DNA of 64,000 bases from a bacterium (GTDB taxonomy: Bacteria > Patescibacteriota > CPR2 > UBA1875 > CAIMLA01). Both the position numbers and the translations under genes were made by a program. Below are positions 36,706 to 45,942 of this stretch, piece after piece (positions within the stretch are counted from its first letter, which is position 1; each line of letters opens with the position of its first letter). The stretch spans positions 13,975-77,974 of the forward strand of contig JBAXUE010000005.1 of the NCBI GenBank assembly GCA_037129835.1. Reading direction: 5' to 3'. The notes beneath the pieces were generated by a model that saw only the letters and a program-made list of their open reading frames with translations, was not told the DNA's origin and did no database searches.

Positions 36706-36978
36706 ATGAGCGAGCAAAAAAAATATACTTTCGAGGAAGCAAAAAGAATTGGCGAAGCACTAGGCGTAGATTGGTCCAATTGGGACGTCGAACAATTTCG
36801 AAAAGGGATGGATGTGGAGCTTGAACATGGACAAGTTTCGCCACTTACCAATGTAACTGATGACGACCCACTACTTACGGGTAAAATAGCGCTCGCGCAT
36901 CTAAACGAGTTTCCGGACTATTATACTAGGCTAGAAGTACTAGAAGACGAAGCCGAAAAATTTTGGAAAAATAATTAA
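36706..36978 (+). CDS. DUF5661-like protein
   Basis: EQFRKGMDVELEHG...KIALAHLNEFPDYYTRL. Confidence 0.8.
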   Translation: MSEQKKYTFEEAKRIGEALGVDWSNWDVEQFRKGMDVELEHGQVSPLTNVTDDDPLLTGKIALAHLNEFPDYYTRLEVLEDEAEKFWKNN

Positions 36979-36998
36979 ATTATTCGAAAGGAGTCACA

Positions 36999-37514
36999 GT
37001 GAAAGCTTTTATTCCCGAAAAAGTACAGTTACCGGACAGAAAAGTATTAACTATTACGAGCATGGGTGACCCCAATAAGGTTGGCGAAGAAGTTTTTTCA
37101 GCCTTATACGGAACCGCTTTTGGAACTCGTTTTAAAGTATATAAACCCAAGGGACTAGAAGTAAAATTCGGCAAGCTCACAGCTCTATGGCCCGATGCTC
37201 ATTTGAAACCAAAAGATGAATGGACCGGTATTTGGGCAATACCAGTGCCAGACTTTTATGAAGAAAACGATTTAGTACAAAAAGACCCCGATAACTCTGT
37301 GAAAGTTGAGATATGGAAGGGTGGTACTTATGCGCAAGTACTGCATCTGGGGTCCTATAGTGAGGAAGAGCCTACAATAAAAACATTGCATGAGTATATC
37401 AAAGAGGAGTTTGGAATGGATATGAAGGACGTTCCTGGGATCCACGAAGAAGAATACCTTACTAGTCCTGATGCGAAGGTTGTTAAGACCATAATACGCT
37501 ACCGTATAAGCTAA
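36999..37514 (+). CDS. GyrI-like small-molecule-binding protein
   Basis: GDPN...ALY, Q.LH.G.Y.EE..TI..L, H.EEYL..P...KTIIR. Confidence 0.8.
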   Translation: MKAFIPEKVQLPDRKVLTITSMGDPNKVGEEVFSALYGTAFGTRFKVYKPKGLEVKFGKLTALWPDAHLKPKDEWTGIWAIPVPDFYEENDLVQKDPDNSVKVEIWKGGTYAQVLHLGSYSEEEPTIKTLHEYIKEEFGMDMKDVPGIHEEEYLTSPDAKVVKTIIRYRIS

Positions 37515-37564
37515 ATATTTATTTGTATACTTGCTTTTGTTTATATATGAAATAAAATGTAACT

Positions 37565-38596
37565 ATGGATATAAACACTATTATTATTGTAGGTTTGATC
37601 GTCGTGGGTTTCGGAGCGCTGTTTTATTTCGTAAATCAGAAGTTCACTGAGCTAGCCAAGCCTAAAGAAGACGACAAAAGCCTTTTGTTGTTAAACCAAA
37701 ACATGCAAGGGCTTCAAGATAAGCTAGAAAATACCAAAGACCACTTGAATAGTCAGTTAGAAAAGGTAACACAAGTACTCAACGACGTCAAAGTTTCAAA
37801 CAGCCGGCTGACTGATTTCTCAAAACAGCTTGTAGGACTAGAGAATATTCTTAGAAACCCAAAACACAGAGGGGTTTTTGGTGAATATTTACTGGAAAAT
37901 TTACTAAGCAATGTCTTTCCCCCAGAAATATATGAAAGCCAGTTTGCACTTGGCAAAGACTCAGATGGTCGCGAAATCAAGGTAGATTTCATCATGCATG
38001 TAAATAAAGCTATTATTCCGATAGATTCCAAGTTTTCTATGGAAAACTATAACAAGTTTATCGGCGAAGAGAATAAACAACAAAAAGAAGAGTTTCTAAG
38101 GTTATTAAAAGGGGATTTAAAGAAGAGGATCGACGAAACAGCAAAATATATCAAGCCAAACCTCGGTACTACAGATTTTGCCTTTATGTACATTCCATCG
38201 GAGGCAATATATTATGATCTCCTTGTTAACAAAACGGGGTCTCTGGATACACTGAGTCTGATTGATTACGCCTATATAGAGAAAAAAGTTATTATCGTTT
38301 CCCCTACGACCTTTTTAGCTTACCTTCAAACTGTTTTGCAGGGCTTAAATTCACTAAAAGTGGAAAAATCGATAGAGGTAGTGGTTAGCAATGTAAAAAC
38401 GCTCCGCAAACACCTAAATTCTTTTACAGACAAGCAAGTAAAGGTGGGAAGAAGCTTGGTAACGCTTGTAAACTCTGTTAATGAGTCTGCCGGAGAATAC
38501 CGGAAGATAGACAAGGATATTACCAAGATTGCTGGCAAGGGAATAGGTTCTGAGGAAATAGTTCTGATCGATAAACCTTATTCCGAAGATGAATAG
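37565..38596 (+). CDS. rmuC: DNA recombination protein RmuC
   Basis: N-terminal TM + coiled coil, RG.FGE..LE, IDSKF, KYI.P..T.DFA.MYIPSE, SPTT. Confidence 0.92.
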   Translation: MDINTIIIVGLIVVGFGALFYFVNQKFTELAKPKEDDKSLLLLNQNMQGLQDKLENTKDHLNSQLEKVTQVLNDVKVSNSRLTDFSKQLVGLENILRNPKHRGVFGEYLLENLLSNVFPPEIYESQFALGKDSDGREIKVDFIMHVNKAIIPIDSKFSMENYNKFIGEENKQQKEEFLRLLKGDLKKRIDETAKYIKPNLGTTDFAFMYIPSEAIYYDLLVNKTGSLDTLSLIDYAYIEKKVIIVSPTTFLAYLQTVLQGLNSLKVEKSIEVVVSNVKTLRKHLNSFTDKQVKVGRSLVTLVNSVNESAGEYRKIDKDITKIAGKGIGSEEIVLIDKPYSEDE

Positions 38597-38637
38597 TTGT
38601 TGCTGACGGGACAGCAATATTTTGTTATAATTTTGTT

Positions 38638-39018
38638 ATGAGTAAGAAAACCTTTATTCCTATTACGTTAACACTGGCTATCATTTCTGGCGCGTTCTTG
38701 TTGTATCTTTTTTATACACAGGATCCAAGATCTGGGAATACCGTTATCGCACTCTTTTTAATATCTGTCTTTGTTATGATAACCTCGTTTAGCTCGCTTC
38801 TACTTTTTTTATTTCGTATCATGTTTAGTGATAAGGAAATGGTTTACAGAAAAGCAAAGAATTCTTTACGTGAAGGATTTTTCTTAGCTGTTTATGCTGT
38901 TGCTTTACTTTCTTTAGGTGCAACCAGTCTCTTGACTTGGTGGGACTCACTACTTTTGGCTTTAAGTTTAGTACTATTTGAGATATACTTTTTATCAGGT
39001 AGGGAGAAAAAGTTATGA
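38638..39018 (+). CDS. Membrane hypothetical protein
   Basis: Four TM segments, SLREG motif. Confidence 0.7.
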   Translation: MSKKTFIPITLTLAIISGAFLLYLFYTQDPRSGNTVIALFLISVFVMITSFSSLLLFLFRIMFSDKEMVYRKAKNSLREGFFLAVYAVALLSLGATSLLTWWDSLLLALSLVLFEIYFLSGREKKL

Positions 39019-39380
39019 GCCAAGTACAACTAATAATAAGTGGTTTGATTTTATTTTTCTTGATTAATATATCAGTAACCACGGCGTTTATCTTTATATA
39101 TTTCAAAATAATAAAAGAAAAAAATAACCTCAAAGAAAAATTTCTACTTTCACTATTTTTATCAGCTGTAAACTATTTCATACAGATTTTAACTTTGATA
39201 ATTTTTTTTGCAGTTGGTCCTATCGGACTTTATTCTGCCGTTGCAGTAACATCGATGCTAGGCTACGCATTAATATTAAAGCACCACTATCATTTTGATA
39301 TTTTACGAATCGCAATAATCACATTTAGTCTTACGATACTTCTTAGCCCAGCCTGGATGAGACTACTCGGGATAAAATAA
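39015..39380 (+). CDS. Membrane hypothetical protein
   Basis: Hydrophobic, ATGA overlap. Confidence 0.65.
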   Translation: MSQVQLIISGLILFFLINISVTTAFIFIYFKIIKEKNNLKEKFLLSLFLSAVNYFIQILTLIIFFAVGPIGLYSAVAVTSMLGYALILKHHYHFDILRIAIITFSLTILLSPAWMRLLGIK

Positions 39381-40379
39381 ATGATAGATATAATTGAAAA
39401 AATTAGAAAAGAATTTGACGACGAAATTCAAGTGATAGATACTAGTAGTCTTGAATTTATTAAAACTAAATATATCGGTCGTAAAAGTCAATTAAATGAG
39501 ATTTTACGTTCACTAAAAGATGCAACAATAGAAGAACGAAAGATAGTCGGATCCAAGGCAAACGAGCTACAAAAACATATAGAGCAAGCTATTCTGGAAA
39601 AAGAAAATCAGTTTTCTTCTGTGACTGGGGACGCCCTAGACGTTACTTCTCCAGGTCGGACTTATCCTTTGGGGCATGTCCACCCAGTAAATCAGGTCGT
39701 AACAGAACTGGTTGGAATTTTCAAAAATTTAGGATATGAGGTAGCTGAGGGGCCAGAAATAGAGGATGAGTGGCACAACTTTGAGGCGCTTAATATGCCG
39801 AACAATCACCCAGCAAGAGATATGCAGGATACTTTTTATTTAAAAAACGGAGCAATTCCTAGAACCCAAACATCTTCAGTGCAGATTCGTTATATGGAAG
39901 ATAATAAGCCACCAATTAAGATCATTTCACCGGGAAAAGTCCATAGAAATGAGAACGAAGACGCTACACATAGCTGGGTATTTCATCAACTAGAAGGTTT
40001 GGTAATTGACGAAGGAGTAACATTCGCTGACCTTAAGGGGACGCTTGAATTAGTGGCAAAGAAAATATTCGGGCCAGATACAAAGACTCGTTTTCGACCA
40101 AACTTCTTTCCCTACACAGAACCAAGCGCAGAAATGGATGCTAGTTGTCCTCAATGTAATGGGAGAGGTTGTCGTTCCTGCGGTGGTACTGGTTGGCTAG
40201 AGCTTCTTGGCGCTGGTATGGTGCATCCTCAAGTCCTTCGAAATATGGGAATCGACCCAGAAAAATACAGTGGATTTGCTTTTGGATTAGGCATTGATAG
40301 AATCGCGATGATAAAGCATCAGATACCAGACGCTAGACTATTCTGGCACCCAGATGTAAGATTTTTGGAGCAGTTCTGA
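39381..40379 (+). CDS. pheS: Phenylalanine--tRNA ligase alpha subunit
   Basis: HPARDMQDTF, RTQTS, FHQLEG, FPYTEPS, CxxC..GCxxC, GFAFGLG. Confidence 0.98.
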   Translation: MIDIIEKIRKEFDDEIQVIDTSSLEFIKTKYIGRKSQLNEILRSLKDATIEERKIVGSKANELQKHIEQAILEKENQFSSVTGDALDVTSPGRTYPLGHVHPVNQVVTELVGIFKNLGYEVAEGPEIEDEWHNFEALNMPNNHPARDMQDTFYLKNGAIPRTQTSSVQIRYMEDNKPPIKIISPGKVHRNENEDATHSWVFHQLEGLVIDEGVTFADLKGTLELVAKKIFGPDTKTRFRPNFFPYTEPSAEMDASCPQCNGRGCRSCGGTGWLELLGAGMVHPQVLRNMGIDPEKYSGFAFGLGIDRIAMIKHQIPDARLFWHPDVRFLEQF

Positions 40380-40389
40380 CTGGAGACCC

Positions 40390-40473
40390 TGTCATTCCTG
40401 GTCGCAAGCCAGGAATCCACCCATATAAATATTTTATTTGAAATAGATTCCTGGCTTGCGACCAGGAATGACA
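40390..40473. repeat. Family B perfect inverted doublet between pheS and pheT
   Basis: TGTCATTCCTGGTCGCAAGCCAGGAATC (40390-40417) and exact reverse complement (40446-40473). Confidence 0.92.
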
Positions 40474-40487
40474 AAGAGGAAAAAGAA

Positions 40488-42869
40488 ATGAAACTACCCC
40501 TAAGCTGGCTAAAAGAATATGTTAAAACGAAGTATTCTGCAGAAGAAATTGCTGATAAGCTCACGATGGCCGGACTTGAAGTAGAGGAAATTATCCGAGA
40601 AGTTGTCTTTTCTGGTGTAGTTATCGGTGAGGTTATTGCCAAAGAAAAACATCCCAATGCAGATAAGCTCAATATAGCAAAGGTGAATGTTGGTAAAAAA
40701 AGTCTACAGATTGTTTGTGGCGCACCGAATCTTGCTGTTGGTCAGATGGTACCAGTCGCACTTGTCGGCGCAAAGCTCGGGGATTTTGAAATAAGCAAGG
40801 CTGTACTCCGTGGTGTTGAGTCAAATGGAATGATTTGTAGCGAACGAGAACTCGGCATCTCTGACGAGCACGAAGGTATTATGGTACTAGAAAAGGAAGT
40901 AGAAGTCGGTGGTGATTTCGGCGAATATCTTGGCAAAGACGAAGTTATCGATGTAAAAGTACTGGCAAATAGACCAGATTGCATGAGTATTCTTGGTTTG
41001 GCACGAGAAGTATCCGCCCTAACATCAGAAAAGCTTGTCGAGCCAAAGGTAAATATCAATGAAGTGGTAGGTACTGAGAAGATTGTTGTAAGAGTAGAAG
41101 ATTCCTCACTTTGCCCTAGATACGTTTCACGAATTGTTAAAAATGTGAAACTTGTTGGAACTCCAAAGTGGATGAAAGAAAGACTTCTTGCTTCTGGGGT
41201 ACGCTCGATAGATTTGTTTGTAGATATTTCGAATTATGTCATGCTTGAATATGGGCAGCCATTGCACTTTTTCGATTTAGATAAATTAACTGATCGTAGC
41301 ATCATAGTTAGATCGGCAAAAGAGGGCGAAACTCTTGTTACTCTTGATGGGCAGAACAGAAACCTAACAAAAGATAATCTGGTGATTGCTAACAAAAAGA
41401 TCCCAATAGCACTTGCGGGTGTAATGGGTGGAGAGACAACTGAAATTAGTAAAGATACTAAGAACATATTTATAGAAGCCGCGGTTTTTGATAAGGCAAG
41501 TATTCGTAAAACTTCACGTGCTTTAGGGCTTCGCTCTGAGGCAGTAGCTAGATTTGAAAAAGGAATCAGCCTAGATCTTCCCGATATTGCGATAGATAGA
41601 GCTGCCCAGCTACTAACTGAACTCGGACTAGGAGAAGTACAAAAAGGTAAAAATGACGTATCTGATGGGGCTACCCAGAAGCTAAATATTATTATAAACC
41701 CAAGCAAGCTAAATGCATTTTTAGGAACTTCCTACTCTAATAAAGAAATAGTTTCTACTCTTACTTCTTTGGGTTTCAAAGTTAGTGAGAAAACCAAATA
41801 TTCGTTGGATATAGTGATCCCATGGTGGAGGGTTGATATATTAGAGCCAGTCGATATTTATGAAGAAGTAGTGCGTATCATAGGTTATGAGAGTGTGCCT
41901 AGCACCTTGCCTTTCGCTGTCGCCGTCATACCGCAAAAAAATCAGTTTTTTGAATTTAGCCAAGTGGTTAGAAACACTATGGTTGGTGCGGGGTTTACAG
42001 AGATTATGACATATTCATTTGCCGGCGAAAAGGAGATCGGCTTAGTGAGCGCTGATGCCAAAGAAGCTTTGGAAGTAGCGAATCCTCTTGTAAAAGAACA
42101 GAAGTATTTGCGCACATCACTAGTTCCGAAAATGCTTGAATCCTTGGCAGCGAACCAGTTTAATCGAGATAGCTTACATTTATTTGAAATAGCCAAAACT
42201 TACCACAAAAATGGGAAAGATATACTTCCGAAAGAAAAAACTATTCTTTCTATCGGAGTCGTTGGGGGTACTGCTTGGCCCTTTAATTCAGTCAGCGGTG
42301 CTAATTTTTATGATTGTAAAGGTACAATTCAAAATTTACTCAAGAATTTGAAAATACAGGATGATTTGATCAGCTACAGGCCTGCAAGAGATTCTTTATT
42401 TGCCATAGGGCACAGTTGCGAACTTTTCTACAAAGATAAAGTTATTGGTCAAATCGGGGTAATATCTGTGAGTGCTGGCAATATATCGGGCCTAAAGAAA
42501 GCCGCTGCGACCGCAACTATTGATTTGAATCTGCTTTATTCATTATTACCACAAGTAGATCAGATATGTGCTGAAATTAGTAAATACCAAAAATCCGTAC
42601 GTGACATCTCGGTAACTGTGCCAAAAAATATATCAGCAGAAACTGTTCTGGATGCAACTAGAAATGCTGATGGCTTGATTCAATCAATAGATATCATCGA
42701 TATTTATGAGGGTAAAAACATTAATTCTGATGAGAAAAACATCACTATTAGGCTAGAGATATTTAGTTTTGAAAAAACATTGACCGAAAAAGATGTAGAT
42801 AATACTGTCAAAATATGTCAAAATATATTAATTATGTTGGGGGGAAAGCTTCGGGGTGTCGAAAAGTAA
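40488..42869 (+). CDS. pheT: Phenylalanine--tRNA ligase beta subunit
   Basis: HPNADKL, CGAPN, S.GMICS..ELG, NRPD, GQPLHFFD, RFEKG, EEV.RI.GY. Confidence 0.98.
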   Translation: MKLPLSWLKEYVKTKYSAEEIADKLTMAGLEVEEIIREVVFSGVVIGEVIAKEKHPNADKLNIAKVNVGKKSLQIVCGAPNLAVGQMVPVALVGAKLGDFEISKAVLRGVESNGMICSERELGISDEHEGIMVLEKEVEVGGDFGEYLGKDEVIDVKVLANRPDCMSILGLAREVSALTSEKLVEPKVNINEVVGTEKIVVRVEDSSLCPRYVSRIVKNVKLVGTPKWMKERLLASGVRSIDLFVDISNYVMLEYGQPLHFFDLDKLTDRSIIVRSAKEGETLVTLDGQNRNLTKDNLVIANKKIPIALAGVMGGETTEISKDTKNIFIEAAVFDKASIRKTSRALGLRSEAVARFEKGISLDLPDIAIDRAAQLLTELGLGEVQKGKNDVSDGATQKLNIIINPSKLNAFLGTSYSNKEIVSTLTSLGFKVSEKTKYSLDIVIPWWRVDILEPVDIYEEVVRIIGYESVPSTLPFAVAVIPQKNQFFEFSQVVRNTMVGAGFTEIMTYSFAGEKEIGLVSADAKEALEVANPLVKEQKYLRTSLVPKMLESLAANQFNRDSLHLFEIAKTYHKNGKDILPKEKTILSIGVVGGTAWPFNSVSGANFYDCKGTIQNLLKNLKIQDDLISYRPARDSLFAIGHSCELFYKDKVIGQIGVISVSAGNISGLKKAAATATIDLNLLYSLLPQVDQICAEISKYQKSVRDISVTVPKNISAETVLDATRNADGLIQSIDIIDIYEGKNINSDEKNITIRLEIFSFEKTLTEKDVDNTVKICQNILIMLGGKLRGVEK

Positions 42870-44697
42870 GCAGCTAGATGGAATAAACAATTCTGAGTCA
42901 CAAATTGTTACTGGCCAGGCTCAGTATCAAGAGCCTCTGCAAAATGCTGAGGAGCTTATTTCTGTTAAACAACCAAACGGTGCTGCCCCAAAAAATATTG
43001 TCATGCCCAAAAAACCCCACTTCCTTTTTAGAAAAGTTTTCCAAAAGAAATCAAAAGCAACATTAGAACAGGCGAAAAAACGAATAGTCGCCGACGCTCA
43101 AGAGAAAAGCGCAAAAAAACTAAAAGAGCCTATTGTAAAAACTTCAAATGCGGCTAAAGACAAGCAGAGCATTGAAGACATAACTAGCAAGGACTCTTTA
43201 TTTAGAAGTCATAAGAAGATATTTGTTCCTCTCTTTATTGTTGTTGCTATTTTGCTCCTGACAACAGGAGCTGTTGTGGGTGCGGCGTATGCCCACCAGA
43301 CAATATACGAAAATAAATTTTTCCCTGGCGTAATCGTTTGGGGAGAAAATGTTGGTGGCAAAACTACCAATGAAGCACAACTGATAATAAACAAAAAAAT
43401 AGACAGCTATAAGGTTGTTATCGGGGGACCTGACCAGGATTACTCTGCTAGTGCGAGCGATCTGGGGATACTGTTCGATTCTGAAAAAATGGTATTTAGC
43501 GCTTTTAACACCGGTAGAAAGGAGAGTTGGTTTAACAATTATTTGGTTCGAGCAAGGTTGTTTATTTCTTCGCTTGGGTGGGATCAGACTACTAAGCTTG
43601 TAGATTCGGCCTCTCTTGTGGTAAAGCCCGTATATATAGTTGAAGATACTAAGCTTACAGAATATCTGACTAAAATATCAGATAATATTAAGATAGATCC
43701 TCAAGACTCTCAGATTACTGTTACAGGGGCGACAACACAGTTGAAACCGGCTATATATGGACGCAAAGTTGATTTTGATAGCTTAAAAAATAGTGTAAAA
43801 TCTTCTATTGGATTGCTTAAAACTGATAAAATTACCGTTCAAACTACTAAAATACAACCTGCAATTGTTGATAATAGTGCTCAAGAAGTAATGGTACAGG
43901 CTGAAAGCGTAATGCAGAGACCTGTCATACTCAATTATCAGGGGCTTGATTACAGGCCGAGTCAAGAAACCGTTGCATCTTGGATCGCTTTCGCTAAAAA
44001 CCCAGGTGAAATCAAATATACTATAGTGCTAGATCAATCAAAGATGACAAATTACTTTTCTTTTCTCAAAAACAAAATTGATATTGAGCCGATTGGTCGC
44101 AATGTACGAGTTGAAAACGGCGTTAAGTCGACAGAGACTCAAGCAGGTAAGGATGGCCTCCGCGTTGATACTGCACTCCTTGGAAAGCAAATTGCTGAGG
44201 CCTTACCCGTTCAGCCTGATGTCGCTTTGGCAATACCGACATATGTCGAAACCTTTCAGACAAAATATGAAAATGTCGTTGTCGCAGACTGGGACAAATA
44301 TGTCGATATTAATCTCTCGACACAAACAATGCTTGCCTGTGAGCGGGGTGGAATAAACTGTCGAGAATGGAGAGTTATGACAGGTAAAAACAGTACCCCC
44401 ACACCAGTCGGCACTTTCTTAGTACTGGGGCGAACAGCTAATTTTTGGATGACTGGACTAGAGGGAACGCCAGAAGCTTATCGACTATGGGTGCCTTATG
44501 CTACTTGGTTCAAGGGTGGTGGGTATGCTATCCACAGTGCCAGCTGGAGAAACAACAATCCAGAATCTTCTAATGGTTTTGGCAATCAGTCTTATACTTG
44601 GAACGGTTCGCATGGATGTGTTAATTCACCGGACGACGCAGCTGCCTTTATATACAACTGGGCACCAGTGGGTACCCCTGTCACAGTCCATAACTAA
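42856..44697 (+). CDS. L,D-transpeptidase with PG-binding (YoaR-like) region, membrane anchored; start uncertain
   Basis: TM segment, TPVG.F, YAIH.A.W, SHGCVN. Confidence 0.88.
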   Translation: MSKSKQLDGINNSESQIVTGQAQYQEPLQNAEELISVKQPNGAAPKNIVMPKKPHFLFRKVFQKKSKATLEQAKKRIVADAQEKSAKKLKEPIVKTSNAAKDKQSIEDITSKDSLFRSHKKIFVPLFIVVAILLLTTGAVVGAAYAHQTIYENKFFPGVIVWGENVGGKTTNEAQLIINKKIDSYKVVIGGPDQDYSASASDLGILFDSEKMVFSAFNTGRKESWFNNYLVRARLFISSLGWDQTTKLVDSASLVVKPVYIVEDTKLTEYLTKISDNIKIDPQDSQITVTGATTQLKPAIYGRKVDFDSLKNSVKSSIGLLKTDKITVQTTKIQPAIVDNSAQEVMVQAESVMQRPVILNYQGLDYRPSQETVASWIAFAKNPGEIKYTIVLDQSKMTNYFSFLKNKIDIEPIGRNVRVENGVKSTETQAGKDGLRVDTALLGKQIAEALPVQPDVALAIPTYVETFQTKYENVVVADWDKYVDINLSTQTMLACERGGINCREWRVMTGKNSTPTPVGTFLVLGRTANFWMTGLEGTPEAYRLWVPYATWFKGGGYAIHSASWRNNNPESSNGFGNQSYTWNGSHGCVNSPDDAAAFIYNWAPVGTPVTVHN

Positions 44698-44778
44698 GAT
44701 AAGTAATTATATATGCATACCATTAGGTATTATTATTGTCATATCTTTACAGGATCTGCTCTCCTAGGGCCCAATAAT

Positions 44779-45779
44779 TTATTGTTTGAAGTCCCGCAAC
44801 TGCCGGATCGAGAACTACTTCCCGCGTCATTTCTCAATCTAGTTGAGGACAGGCTCTAAACTAGATTTAGCTTGCCTGCGGTAAGCAGGGATCCATTTCG
44901 TAATACTTTGATACTTTTATCTATAGTTATTCTGTATTTACCACTTTTTTAGTAAAAGTGGTGCAAAAAGCCCGAACTGTCGGATTCTCACAGAGTCAGT
45001 AACTCACTTATTCATGTTTAGTAAAATTAACTCCCCGGCTATTGCCGGTTCAAACAAAATTATTACCAAAATATTTATAAGTAAGCTACTTCGCTTCTCG
45101 AACCGATTGTTCGGATAGAAACCGCGTAAACTCCCACGAATTCGGGTATCGTGCGTCGTCTATAACCCCATTGTCATCCCTGGACGACTCGTCCATCGTA
45201 GCCTTGGTGAAGTTGGAAGTGGAGAGATCTAACACAATATTTACCGTCATCCTTGGCTTGCCCGAGGATCTCTCGCACCTCCCCGTCATTTCAAACTCAA
45301 TTTGGAGTCCGTATCCACACCTTTTTTATTGTTCGAAGTCCGGCAACTGCCGGATAGAGAACTACTCCCCGCGTCATTCCTCAATCTAGTTGAGGACAGG
45401 CTCTAAACTTGATTTAGGATCTCTTTCATATCGTTCGAATGCCAATGAGAACTATAGATACACTTACTTATTTCCGTTCATTTCTTCTTGATAAGAAACG
45501 AACCAAACCTGCCTGCCGCAGGCGGGGAATCAAGAAAAATCCTCCTACGCACCAGAGCTTCGGACGGACAGGTCGAACTCCTTCTACTCGGCTCGTAATT
45601 TTGTTACCAATAATTACTCGACCTCGTAGATAGTCGGAGCTGTGAGCCCAAAGCGATTTTTCGTTAGGGATATACACTATCAAACCATATTTTCGAAACC
45701 CCCACGATCACCCCCTGGCAGTAAACAGAGGATCTCCTTTTTATTGTTCGAAGTCCGGCGACTGGCGGAAGGAGAACTA
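44779..45779. repeat. 1-kb mosaic of nested palindromic repeats
   Basis: Family A at 44779-44817, 45326-45364, 45741-45779; family B at 44826, 45173, 45246, 45285, 45373; ~90-bp duplication 44779-44870 vs 45326-45417. Confidence 0.85.
45476..45662 (-). ncRNA. Structured element with putative 3' pseudoknot, copy 2, interrupted by two nested repeats
   Basis: Homologous to 11354-11491. Confidence 0.55.
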
Positions 45780-45942
45780 ATTCCCCACCTTTTCCCTTTC
45801 AGACAAGCTGTAAAAAGTAGATATATTATTAAAGGGAGTTTGCAATATCGACAAAAAATTTGCAACAATGGTAAACCTTGTAAAATGCGATGTTTTGTAC
45901 TTGATTAAGCTTCAAAAAGTATATAAAATGTATATATAACTT

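Noticed and set aside
45086-45908. Short ORFs in the repeat mosaic
   Set aside because: They are translations of palindromic repeats (e.g. PACRRRG, SSIVALVKLE) on both strands without convincing start signals.
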